Shown one piece after another: positions 56,095-64,000 of a stretch of DNA of 64,000 nucleotides. The notes beneath the pieces are model-generated. The model had not been told where the DNA came from and made no database searches. It saw only the letters and a program-made list of their open reading frames with translations. Position numbers and translations under genes: made by a program. Positions within the stretch are counted from its first letter, which is position 1, and each line of letters begins with the position of its first letter. The DNA comes from a bacterium. GTDB lineage: Bacteria; Patescibacteriota; CG2-30-54-11; JBAXVQ01. The stretch is taken from the NCBI GenBank assembly GCA_037128935.1, contig JBAXVQ010000002.1, positions 10,391-74,390 on the forward strand, read 5' to 3'.

Positions 56095-58056
56095 ATGTGT
56101 GGGATTATTGGATATATTGGTAGTCAACAAGTATTACCTATATTAATTGCTGGACTGGAGCGGTTGGAATATAGAGGGTATGACTCGGCGGGTGTTGCGA
56201 TTAAGGAGACTGGAGATGCGATTACAGTGGTAAAACAGGTTGGTAAGGTTGAAAATCTCAAGCAAGAATTAGTAACGCGCAAAATTGAAGGTACTCTAGG
56301 AATTGGACATACTCGTTGGGCTACTCATGGTGGAGTTACTAATAATAATGCGCATCCACACTTCGACTATCATAAAACAATTGCGCTGATCCATAATGGA
56401 ATTATTGAAAATTATTCTGAAATTAAAGAACGTTTGGTGTCTCAAGGACACCAGTTTAGTTCAGAAACTGATACAGAGGTTTTGGCACATCTCATCGGAG
56501 AAAAATATCGTGAACTTGTAGAAGGAATGCATGCTTTGGGGTTAACAGGAAAACCAGATAAACAGGTTTTTCTTGAAGCTACGAGAAAAGCACTTACCCT
56601 TATTGATGGAGCTTATTCAATAGTTGTTATCCATAAAGATCATCCTGATTGTATTGTTGCTGCGCGTCTTTTTTCGCCTTTGATTCTTGGCTTAGGTAAA
56701 GATGAAAATTTTATCGCATCAGATATTCCTGCAATTTTGCAATATACGAATGAGGTTGTGGATTTGGGAGATGAGCAGATTGCCTGTGTGACAGCTACTG
56801 ACTATACGATTACTGATATTCACGGCAATTCCGTTACTGCCCCTCGTCGGACGGTTTCATTCAATCTTGAAACGGCAGAAAAACAGGGATATCCTCATTT
56901 TCTGATCAAAGAAATACATGAAAGTTCTAGGGTTATTCAAGATGTGATTCGTGGGAAGATTTATAATCATCAACTGGTTGCTGCTGGTTTAGGTTTGAGT
57001 TCGGCAGATGCTCAATTGATTCAGCATGTACAATTGATTGCCTGTGGGACTGCGTATTATGCTTGCTTGATTGGGAAATATTTATTCGAACAGTGGGCTG
57101 GTGTTTTGACTGAGGCTATTACGGCATCAGAGTACCGTTATCACACTCCAGTTACTACCAAGAATTCGTTGGTTATCGGAGTTAGTCAATCAGGGGAGAC
57201 TGCGGATACGATGGCCGGATTGCGGAAGGTGGAAACAAAACCACACCTTGCTCTCATCGGACTTACGAATGTGATTGGAAGTTCTCTTGCACGAATGATT
57301 GAAACTGAGCATTTGATTTTATTAAATGCTGGTCCTGAAATTTCAGTTGCTTCTACTAAAGCATTTACGTCTATGGTGATGGTACAGACGTTGCTTGCGT
57401 TATTTGTGGCTAGGGAAAAGGGTTTAGTGACAGAGAATACTACAACTGAGATTCTTGATGCTGTTGAGCAGCTTCCTGCACAGATTGATCAGATTCTCGA
57501 TCAGAAAAAAGAGATTGCTCGTGTTGCTATGCAATATGTTCGTTGGAATAGTATGTATTTTCTTGGTCGGGGTATTAATTATCCAACGGCCTTGGAAGGT
57601 GCTTTGAAGCTGAAAGAAATTTCATATATTCATGCTGAAGGCTATCCTGCTGGTGAAATGAAGCATGGCCCCATTGCGGTGCTGGAGAAAGGTTTTCCAG
57701 TGGTTGCTATTGCAACGAAGAGTGTGGTGTATGACAAGATGCTTTCGAATATTCAAGAGGCGGCAGCTCGGGAAGCTGATCTTATTATTCTTGCGAATCC
57801 TGGGGATAAGAAGGCAGAGAAGATTGGCAAACATTGTTTGTGGGTGCCGGAGACTCGTGAGGAACTTTCACCGATTTTGAATAATATAGTATTGCAGCTT
57901 TTTGCCTATTATACAGCCCTTTATAAGGGATATAGTATCGATAACCCTAGGAGTTTGGAAAAATTTTACCCAGATCCTGATGATTTAACCGCACCTCCAG
58001 TGAGTATTGATATTGATAAGCCGAGAAATTTAGCTAAATCTGTGACTGTGGAGTAG
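56095..58056 (+). CDS. glmS: glutamine--fructose-6-phosphate aminotransferase (isomerizing)
   Basis: MCGIIGYIG N-terminal nucleophile, two SIS domains (GVSQSGETADT) and the C-terminal KPRNLAKSVTVE. At 653 aa it is longer than usual. Confidence 0.9.
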   Translation: MCGIIGYIGSQQVLPILIAGLERLEYRGYDSAGVAIKETGDAITVVKQVGKVENLKQELVTRKIEGTLGIGHTRWATHGGVTNNNAHPHFDYHKTIALIHNGIIENYSEIKERLVSQGHQFSSETDTEVLAHLIGEKYRELVEGMHALGLTGKPDKQVFLEATRKALTLIDGAYSIVVIHKDHPDCIVAARLFSPLILGLGKDENFIASDIPAILQYTNEVVDLGDEQIACVTATDYTITDIHGNSVTAPRRTVSFNLETAEKQGYPHFLIKEIHESSRVIQDVIRGKIYNHQLVAAGLGLSSADAQLIQHVQLIACGTAYYACLIGKYLFEQWAGVLTEAITASEYRYHTPVTTKNSLVIGVSQSGETADTMAGLRKVETKPHLALIGLTNVIGSSLARMIETEHLILLNAGPEISVASTKAFTSMVMVQTLLALFVAREKGLVTENTTTEILDAVEQLPAQIDQILDQKKEIARVAMQYVRWNSMYFLGRGINYPTALEGALKLKEISYIHAEGYPAGEMKHGPIAVLEKGFPVVAIATKSVVYDKMLSNIQEAAAREADLIILANPGDKKAEKIGKHCLWVPETREELSPILNNIVLQLFAYYTALYKGYSIDNPRSLEKFYPDPDDLTAPPVSIDIDKPRNLAKSVTVE

Positions 58057-58313
58057 GTTTTATCTTTTCTTCCCCCTTCCCTTTCTGTAAATTCCTTGTA
58101 ATTCTATCGGGTTCATGTATCCCAAGGGATTGCCACGTCGCAAAAGCCTCCTCGCAATGATATGTAATTGATAAAATGTGATAACACTAACATTTTTATG
58201 TCGAATTTACATTAGCTAAACACATATGAAACTTTTTGTTTTTGCATGACGTATAAGCAGTGTACAAACGTTTAGTACAAAAAAAAGTGCAAATTACGAA
58301 AGGAAAAGACATT

Positions 58314-59042
58314 ATGCTCAGCAAGAAAAGTTTATACACAGCGCTCTCTGTTCTCACAATCGCTGGTACCCTCGGTGTTGTTGCAGTTGGTGCACAAAGT
58401 GCTACGACTAGTGGAACGCCAACAACAAGTACGCATGCTCGCGGTGAACATGGTGAGCGTCAGCGTTTCTCTCCTCGTGTGGGAGGAGTTGTTACTAACC
58501 TTACAGCTAGTCAGTTTACTGTAGCTGTAAAGACTGGTGAAACAACAACCAAAGAAGTTACGGTCACGTATGATGTTTCTACTACAATAGTAACTAAGCT
58601 TGGTGGAGCTACAACAACGCTTGCCAATGGACAAACGGTTGAAGTACAGAGTGATATTGCTACAACTGATACTCAGACCACAGTGGCTGCAAAACGTATC
58701 ACTGTAGTTGATAAAGCTGCTTTAGAAGCCAATTCTGTACGCGGTACTGTGCAATCAGTTGATGGTCAGACCATTGTAGTCAAAAAAGAAGACGGAACAA
58801 CTGCAACTGTTACACTTTCAAGTACAACTGTTGTAAGAATTTCAGTAGAAAATACTGGTTCTTTGGCTGTTGATCTTGCTGGTAAAACAATTGGCGTTAA
58901 CGGTGACAAGCAAACTGATGGATCTTATGTTGCAAAAAATGTTGTTATTGGTTCACAAGGAATGGGTAAGGGTGGAGAAGGTTTTAGAGGGTTTCCAGGT
59001 AAAAAAGGTGATAAGGCTACTACAACACCAACTGCTCTTTAA
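58314..59042 (+). CDS. secreted Thr-rich protein with two DUF5666-like beta repeats
   Basis: Signal peptide MLSKKSLYTALSVLTIAGTLGVVAVGAQS. Contains two units of the pattern G.V.s....tv.vk...g....VtvtssT.v.......G..v.V.g.......A..v.v. Confidence 0.55.
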   Translation: MLSKKSLYTALSVLTIAGTLGVVAVGAQSATTSGTPTTSTHARGEHGERQRFSPRVGGVVTNLTASQFTVAVKTGETTTKEVTVTYDVSTTIVTKLGGATTTLANGQTVEVQSDIATTDTQTTVAAKRITVVDKAALEANSVRGTVQSVDGQTIVVKKEDGTTATVTLSSTTVVRISVENTGSLAVDLAGKTIGVNGDKQTDGSYVAKNVVIGSQGMGKGGEGFRGFPGKKGDKATTTPTAL

Positions 59043-59076
59043 CAGAAATTTGCTGTAAAGCATTTCGTGGTTATGT

Positions 59077-59101
59077 CCGCTACAGGCTTATTCTGTAGCG
59101 G
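59077..59101 (+). terminator. hairpin, possible terminator
   Basis: CCGCTACAG-GCTTATT-CTGTAGCGG followed by ATAGTTTTG; the U-tract is weak. Confidence 0.4.
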
Positions 59102-59107
59102 ATAGTT

Positions 59108-59725
59108 TTGCCTTCATTGTCGCAAATGGTATATCCTAAGCTTATGCAAGATCAAGTTAGTGAACAACACTTTACCGATGCGGAGCTAGTCGATCAGGCC
59201 TTACAGCAAAGAGATAGCTTTGAACTGTTGGTTGAACGTTACCAACACAGAATTTTTCGTTTTATTTTTGGTTACTGTGGTGATCAGGTGATGGCTGAAG
59301 ATATAGCGCAAGAGGTTTTTGTTAAAGCATATTTTGCACTTAAGACTTTTGATAAGAAGAAATCCTTTTCCACGTGGTTGTTTACTTTGGCACGAAATCA
59401 TAGCATTGATGTTTTGAGAAAAGGTAAGTTGACCAAAACCATTTCTATTGAAGAGAATGAACTTGATCAGGTACTCGTGAGTAAGGACGAAAGTCCAGAT
59501 GATTTGGTTTCATCAATTTTCAAACATGGGTTGATTGTAAATGCGCTTCAAGATTTGCAACCCAAGTATCGAGAGGTTATTCTTCTTTTTTATATCCAAG
59601 AGCTTTCTTATGAAGAAATTGCAGAAGTCATAAAAAAGCCTCTAGGTACTGTTAAAACCCATCTTTCGCGGGCAAAAGATGCCCTCAAACTTATTTTACA
59701 AGAATATAGAGATGAATTATTATGA
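59108..59725 (+). CDS. ECF-type RNA polymerase sigma factor
   Basis: Region 2 (AEDIAQEVFVKAY...FSTWLFTLARNHSIDVLR) and region 4 (REVILLFYIQELSYEEIAEVIKKPLGTVKTHLSRAK). Start uncertain: the track gives TTG, with ATGs at 59126 and 59144. Confidence 0.85.
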   Translation: MPSLSQMVYPKLMQDQVSEQHFTDAELVDQALQQRDSFELLVERYQHRIFRFIFGYCGDQVMAEDIAQEVFVKAYFALKTFDKKKSFSTWLFTLARNHSIDVLRKGKLTKTISIEENELDQVLVSKDESPDDLVSSIFKHGLIVNALQDLQPKYREVILLFYIQELSYEEIAEVIKKPLGTVKTHLSRAKDALKLILQEYRDELL

Positions 59726-60144
59726 ACGCTCTCAATGATCAACAACTTCAACAAATTTTGCATCATCTTTCACCTGCACGTCTTTCACACGGCTTTTCTG
59801 CTCGTGTGATGGAAAAGATTTATGCAATGGAAGAGGCTGACTCACGATTGTTGCGAAAAATTCTTTTTGTCGTGTGGGGAGTTTTACTTTCCACTCTTGG
59901 TGGTTTTTCTGTACTGGCTTACAAGGAAATGATGCAGAGTGGCTTTTTTGACTATGCTGGTTTACTTTATCAGAATTTTGCCAGTGAGTATCGGGCGACA
60001 CTTTTTTCATCATTATTGTCTACACTTCCTTTACTGCCAGTGTTTGGTTGTTTACTTTTCTTTATTCTTACTGTATTTTGTTTCATTATCACTAAAAAGA
60101 TTTTTTCTTTTTCTCGTAGGATGAGGACAGGTCATTATGCTTGA
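59722..60144 (+). CDS. putative anti-sigma factor, membrane protein
   Basis: Start overlaps the sigma stop (ATGA). Short cytoplasmic N-terminus followed by two or three TM helices. Confidence 0.5.
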   Translation: MNALNDQQLQQILHHLSPARLSHGFSARVMEKIYAMEEADSRLLRKILFVVWGVLLSTLGGFSVLAYKEMMQSGFFDYAGLLYQNFASEYRATLFSSLLSTLPLLPVFGCLLFFILTVFCFIITKKIFSFSRRMRTGHYA

Positions 60145-60688
60145 TTCATTAAAATCTGTTCGGGTTGCACTTTCAATCGTTTTGGTTGTTGCGTTTGGTG
60201 GGTTGACGTTTTTAAGCGGTTATTTTGTTGGTTCTTTGAAGACTAATACTCGTTTGGCTCGACTAGAACACGAAATGTCTGCGTTGACGCAAGATAAAGA
60301 TAAACCTCTTCTTCGCCGTCCTGCTTTCGAAAATGGCAGTATGAAGTTATTTCGAGACGAGATAGAGAAAAATGGTGGAGTTGGAATTGTCGGTGGTATT
60401 GTTGAACGCGAAGAGTCTAGCGATGAAAATAGCTCACTTGTTTTGTTGGTTTTTACCCCACAAGGGCCTGTTCGTGTGATAGTTGGAGCAGACACTAAAA
60501 TCGATAATCATGGTGTTGTTGCAGGAGTTGAGTCTCTTATAGTTGGGAAAGAAGTTGGGGTTGTTGGTGATCCTGTTGCAAAGCAAAATGGCGTTTTGAC
60601 TGCTAAACTAATAACTTTGATGGATAAAATGAAACAACCAACTGTTGAAGGATTCACACCTAGAGGAAGAGATACGCCAGCACAATAA
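60137..60688 (+). CDS. membrane-anchored protein with one DUF5666-like unit
   Basis: TM anchor, then VRVIVGADTKIDNHG...LIVGKEVGVVGDPVAKQNGVLTAKLITL. Overlaps the upstream gene by 8 nt. Confidence 0.5.
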   Translation: MLDSLKSVRVALSIVLVVAFGGLTFLSGYFVGSLKTNTRLARLEHEMSALTQDKDKPLLRRPAFENGSMKLFRDEIEKNGGVGIVGGIVEREESSDENSSLVLLVFTPQGPVRVIVGADTKIDNHGVVAGVESLIVGKEVGVVGDPVAKQNGVLTAKLITLMDKMKQPTVEGFTPRGRDTPAQ

Positions 60689-60717
60689 AATATTTTATTT
60701 GTTTATATTGCTATGGT

Positions 60718-60749
60718 AAAAGCTTTTCTATATAGAAAAGCTTTTTTTT
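60718..60749 (+). terminator. rho-independent terminator
   Basis: AAAAGCTTTTC-TATATA-GAAAAGCTTTT followed by TTTT. Confidence 0.7.
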
Positions 60750-60818
60750 ATTTGTGAATTTCACCTTTAAAATAGTTTATACTGGTAGTATAAAAACAAC
60801 TATAAAAGGAATTAAACT

Positions 60819-63062
60819 ATGACAAAAAGGTTACTTGGTGTTTCTGTATCCTTTGGGGTTTTGCTATTGCTGTTGGTTTTTCTTGTTTCTCGAGTTCGAG
60901 CTCAATCTCAGGTGACGTTGGCAGTCGATGCGAGTAAATCGGTTCATGCGTTTTCTCATGACATGTTGGGTATGGGGTATGTAAACTGGGATCATAGCTG
61001 GGGAAAGCCATTTCTTGGTAATATACCGGGGCTAGCTGAGGCTACAGGCGAATTAAAGCCGGGCATAATTCGTTATGCCGGTGGACTTTGGGCGAACAGT
61101 GTGGGATTTGATGGTACGGCTGAGCAGCGTACACCATATAAGAAATGGAATTATCCAGGTGATTCGAGTGATTATTGGTTTCACTATAGTACCAATGAAA
61201 TCGATAGTCTTGCTAGTTATGCAAAAGCTGTTGGTTCAGAGGTGATGATTCAGGTGAATGTGAATAATAACAATCCGAAGATGTGGGCTGAGATGGTGCG
61301 TTATACCAATGTTGAAAAGGGGTATAAGTTCCGTTACTGGGAATTGGGTAATGAAATGGATCTGGAGAATAAAGTTTCTGCTGAGGAGTATTCGAGAAGA
61401 ATTCAGGAATATATAAAGCAAATGTTGGCGGTTGATCCGACCATAGAGATTATTGGGGCGGCAACTGCTGGACCTATACAACAAGATGATGGTAACTCTG
61501 TTATGAAAGGGTATATGACACAGCCGCTCCCAGCTTCAAGAGCAGCTGGTAAGGATCTTGCGGCAATAACGTATCACTGGTATCAATCTTGTAACGGTGG
61601 CAGTGTGGATGGCATCACTCGCTATGCTTGGTACAACAACGATGGTTCACCTATTGATCCACTCAGCTGGAGAAATGCATATAGCCGAATTTGGGCAAAG
61701 TTGATTCCACAGCGCGTACAAAAAGAAGTACTTTCTGGTTATCCAAATACTCGTCAAGGTATTACTGAGTTGAATGTGGAAGCTTGCAACTTTGGTAGTC
61801 CAGTTAATGGCAGTTTTATGTCGGCTCTTTGGTTTACTGATGTATTGGGTAATTTAGCTTATAATGGTGTGGATTTTGTGACTATGTATATGGGGTATGG
61901 GGCCAAAGGTGAACCTTATGGTCTGACGTATGCAGATAATGATACTAATCCTTCCAGAATTTTTGTTCGTCCTACTTATTCTGCCTTACTACTTTATGCG
62001 CGATATTTTGGTGACACGATGGTACAGGCTTCTTCAAGTGATCTAGACCATGTGAGTATTTATGCTTCTTTAGACAGCAAAGACACTGGTAGATTGAAGC
62101 TGATGGTTGTTAACCTTTCAGGGAATGATATTACTGCCCCGATCTCGTTGCAAGGATTCACTGCAAACTCTGGTAGTCTTTATCAGCTTAAAAGTTCCAA
62201 GCCAACCGATCTTTCAGATTGGGGAGCTAGTGAAGATGCTCCTGTTACGATAAATGGGGTACACCTTGTTGGTTCATCGATTGCTGACTCTATAAGCAAA
62301 ATTAATCCAGTTGCAGTTACGGTTTCTGGCTCGTCACTTGAAGTTACATTGCCTGCGTATACAGCAAATGTGTTTGTACTGGATGGTGAAGGTGCTCTTG
62401 TTACTCCTATTCCTAGCCCTGTTGTTACTGTTACTTCGGTTGCTACTGCTGTTTCTTCTCCTGCCCTAACTGTTTCTGTTACTCCAGAATTGGGTGAAGA
62501 AACAAAGGCTGATGATGATAAAAAACATAAAGATTTTTACGCTTCTGGCTATGCAGCTCAATGGGTTGCTCAACGACAGGCATCGGACTACGAAGGCAAT
62601 GCTAATGATGGAGATGAGTATTTTGATGCACCTCGCTGTGCTGTGGTGGATTTCTGGGCTGAGTTGAAGAACGTCGGTACTAAGCCTTGGCTTTCCAGTA
62701 AACAGATCAAAGCTTCAGCTGGAAATGAGTTTACTTTTGCAACATATAAGGATTCAAAGGCTAAGTCTGCACCTTCATGGACTGGTTTTGATTCCTGTCC
62801 TGGTAAAAACTGTGGTAAAAGTTATTTTCATGCAGACTCATGGGTGAGTGATTATCGAATTGGTACCTTAGAGAAAGATGTGACAAATCTTGGGGAAACT
62901 GCAAAAATTTCGATGCAGTTTAAAGTCCCTTGTGATGCGGAGATTGGACGCTATCGTGAGGATATTTCTGCGGCTTCTGGAAAGTATTGGGTGCGAAATA
63001 AAGTGAATGGGGATCCTTTGCAGGTGATGCATATTTGGTTTGGAGTAGATGTGAAGAAGTAG
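60819..63062 (+). CDS. secreted clan GH-A-like glycoside hydrolase with C-terminal NBR1-Ig-like module
   Basis: Signal peptide. IRYAGGLWAN, YWELGNEMD (acid/base NE) and ITELNVE (nucleophile-like) are reminiscent of GH51/GH79/GH44-type (beta/alpha)8 enzymes. The family is not resolved. Confidence 0.55.
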   Translation: MTKRLLGVSVSFGVLLLLLVFLVSRVRAQSQVTLAVDASKSVHAFSHDMLGMGYVNWDHSWGKPFLGNIPGLAEATGELKPGIIRYAGGLWANSVGFDGTAEQRTPYKKWNYPGDSSDYWFHYSTNEIDSLASYAKAVGSEVMIQVNVNNNNPKMWAEMVRYTNVEKGYKFRYWELGNEMDLENKVSAEEYSRRIQEYIKQMLAVDPTIEIIGAATAGPIQQDDGNSVMKGYMTQPLPASRAAGKDLAAITYHWYQSCNGGSVDGITRYAWYNNDGSPIDPLSWRNAYSRIWAKLIPQRVQKEVLSGYPNTRQGITELNVEACNFGSPVNGSFMSALWFTDVLGNLAYNGVDFVTMYMGYGAKGEPYGLTYADNDTNPSRIFVRPTYSALLLYARYFGDTMVQASSSDLDHVSIYASLDSKDTGRLKLMVVNLSGNDITAPISLQGFTANSGSLYQLKSSKPTDLSDWGASEDAPVTINGVHLVGSSIADSISKINPVAVTVSGSSLEVTLPAYTANVFVLDGEGALVTPIPSPVVTVTSVATAVSSPALTVSVTPELGEETKADDDKKHKDFYASGYAAQWVAQRQASDYEGNANDGDEYFDAPRCAVVDFWAELKNVGTKPWLSSKQIKASAGNEFTFATYKDSKAKSAPSWTGFDSCPGKNCGKSYFHADSWVSDYRIGTLEKDVTNLGETAKISMQFKVPCDAEIGRYREDISAASGKYWVRNKVNGDPLQVMHIWFGVDVKK

Positions 63063-63077
63063 GTTTATTGTTTTTGC

Positions 63078-63114
63078 AAGAGCGTCCTGAAGGATTTTGG
63101 GGCGCTCTTTTTTT
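63078..63114 (+). terminator. rho-independent terminator
   Basis: AAGAGCGTCC-(11 nt)-GGGGCGCTCTT followed by TTTTT. Confidence 0.65.
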
Positions 63115-63159
63115 ATTTTGCTCTATTTGTTAGAGTGCTAGGTAACACTAGGAGTTTCT

Positions 63160-63735
63160 ATGGGAAAAACACGGCTTGAGGCATTTAGTGATGGGGTTCT
63201 TGCAATTATTATTACCATAATGGTGCTAGAGCTGAAGGTTCCTTTGGGAGATGATTTAACGGCATTATATGAATTACTTCCGGCTTTTTTGAGTTATCTG
63301 TTAAGTTTTGTGTATGTTGGTATTTATTGGAACAATCATCACCACATGTTGCATATTAGTAAACAAGTGAATGGGGCTGTGCTATGGGCTAATCTTCATC
63401 TTTTGTTTTGGCTTTCGTTGATTCCTTTTTCTGCACGTTGGATGGGGGAGAGTCATTTCGCAGTGTTACCTGTTGCGTTGTATGGAGTTGATCTTCTGCT
63501 TTCGGCTGTTGCGTATTATATCCTCAGTCACTCTCTTCTTGCGCTTCATGGGAAGGAATCAACTCTTGCGAAGGCGCTTGGTGCGGATTATAAGGGTAAG
63601 GTTTCAGTTGTGCTGTATGCTATTGCCCTTCCCTTTGCGTTTTTTCAGGTTTGGGTGGCGTGTGCGTTATATGTTCTTGTTGCGTTGATTTGGTTTGTGC
63701 CGGATAAGAGGATTGAGGATGTGGTAGTTAAGTAA
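63160..63735 (+). CDS. TMEM175 family (DUF1211) potassium channel-like protein
   Basis: The RLEAFSDGVLAIIITIMVLEL signature in helix 1; six TM helices. Confidence 0.8.
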   Translation: MGKTRLEAFSDGVLAIIITIMVLELKVPLGDDLTALYELLPAFLSYLLSFVYVGIYWNNHHHMLHISKQVNGAVLWANLHLLFWLSLIPFSARWMGESHFAVLPVALYGVDLLLSAVAYYILSHSLLALHGKESTLAKALGADYKGKVSVVLYAIALPFAFFQVWVACALYVLVALIWFVPDKRIEDVVVK

Positions 63736-63752
63736 TGTACCCGAGTAAAATG

Positions 63753-64000
63753 TTACTCTGCTAGGGCTGAGTCGATCATTGGTTTTATCTGGGAGTATGA
63801 TTGGGAGCCGAAGATTAATTGAATTTTTCCTTTTCTACCGATGATGATAGAGGTCGGAGTGCCATAGATTCCTGATGTGGTGCCGTCTTGGATTTCGTTG
63901 TTGATGTGGTTGGTATAGCGGTCGCTCAGGAGGCAGGATGTGAACGTTTTTGTGTTGATTTTTAGGGTGCGGGCGATGGCGGTAAGTTCGTTTATTGAGG
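63753..64000 (-). CDS. thioredoxin-fold DsbA-like protein, C-terminal fragment (5' end outside the window)
   Basis: Not in the ORF track. My own translation of the minus strand gives ...SINELTAIARTLKINTKTFTSCLLSDRYTNHINNEIQDGTTSGIYGTPTSIIIGRKGK...ALAE*. The G(I/V).GTPT.ii motif is typical of DsbA-like proteins. Confidence 0.5.
   Translation of the reverse strand, partial: SINELTAIARTLKINTKTFTSCLLSDRYTNHINNEIQDGTTSGIYGTPTSIIIGRKGKIQLIFGSQSYSQIKPMIDSALAE

Overview
AT-rich, gene-dense bacterial chromosomal segment read under the standard code: about 55 protein genes, two tRNAs, no rRNA and no CRISPR array. Most of it is housekeeping. This includes translation (rpmE, pth, hisS, gltX, rsmE, queC), nucleotide metabolism (pyrF, pyrC, pyrE, purB), recO, a cell-shape and cell-wall block (mreB-mreC-mreD-PBP2-glmS, uppP, a SpoIID-like protein), glycosyltransferase clusters and two ECF sigma/anti-sigma modules. 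Several proteins suggest a Patescibacteria/CPR-like organism: a T4SS-type pilin-like protein next to a 1707-aa membrane protein, a DUF5667-like anti-sigma, a membrane-anchored Hsp100 and NBR1-Ig-like modules on secreted enzymes. That placement is inference only. The stand-out region is a roughly 4.2-kb island of foreign composition (39.7-43.9 kb) that abuts the 3' end of tRNA-Arg(TCT). It encodes a fused PD-ExK nuclease / gamma-class N6-adenine methyltransferase / Type-ISP-C-terminal-domain restriction-modification gene. That gene is split by a 241-bp insertion carrying a truncated dinD-like gene. Its distal half contains three same-frame copies of a GC-rich quasi-palindromic element, and two of those copies bracket an intact DUF559 endonuclease module. 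Other points worth a second look are the pilin/giant-protein pair with five divergent cytoplasmic repeats, an in-frame TAG splitting a GT-C membrane protein, a structured intergenic element with a perfect 21-bp hairpin, and a divergent XRE pair with a TTTGTA motif array. All family assignments come from motif recognition by eye. No database search was run.
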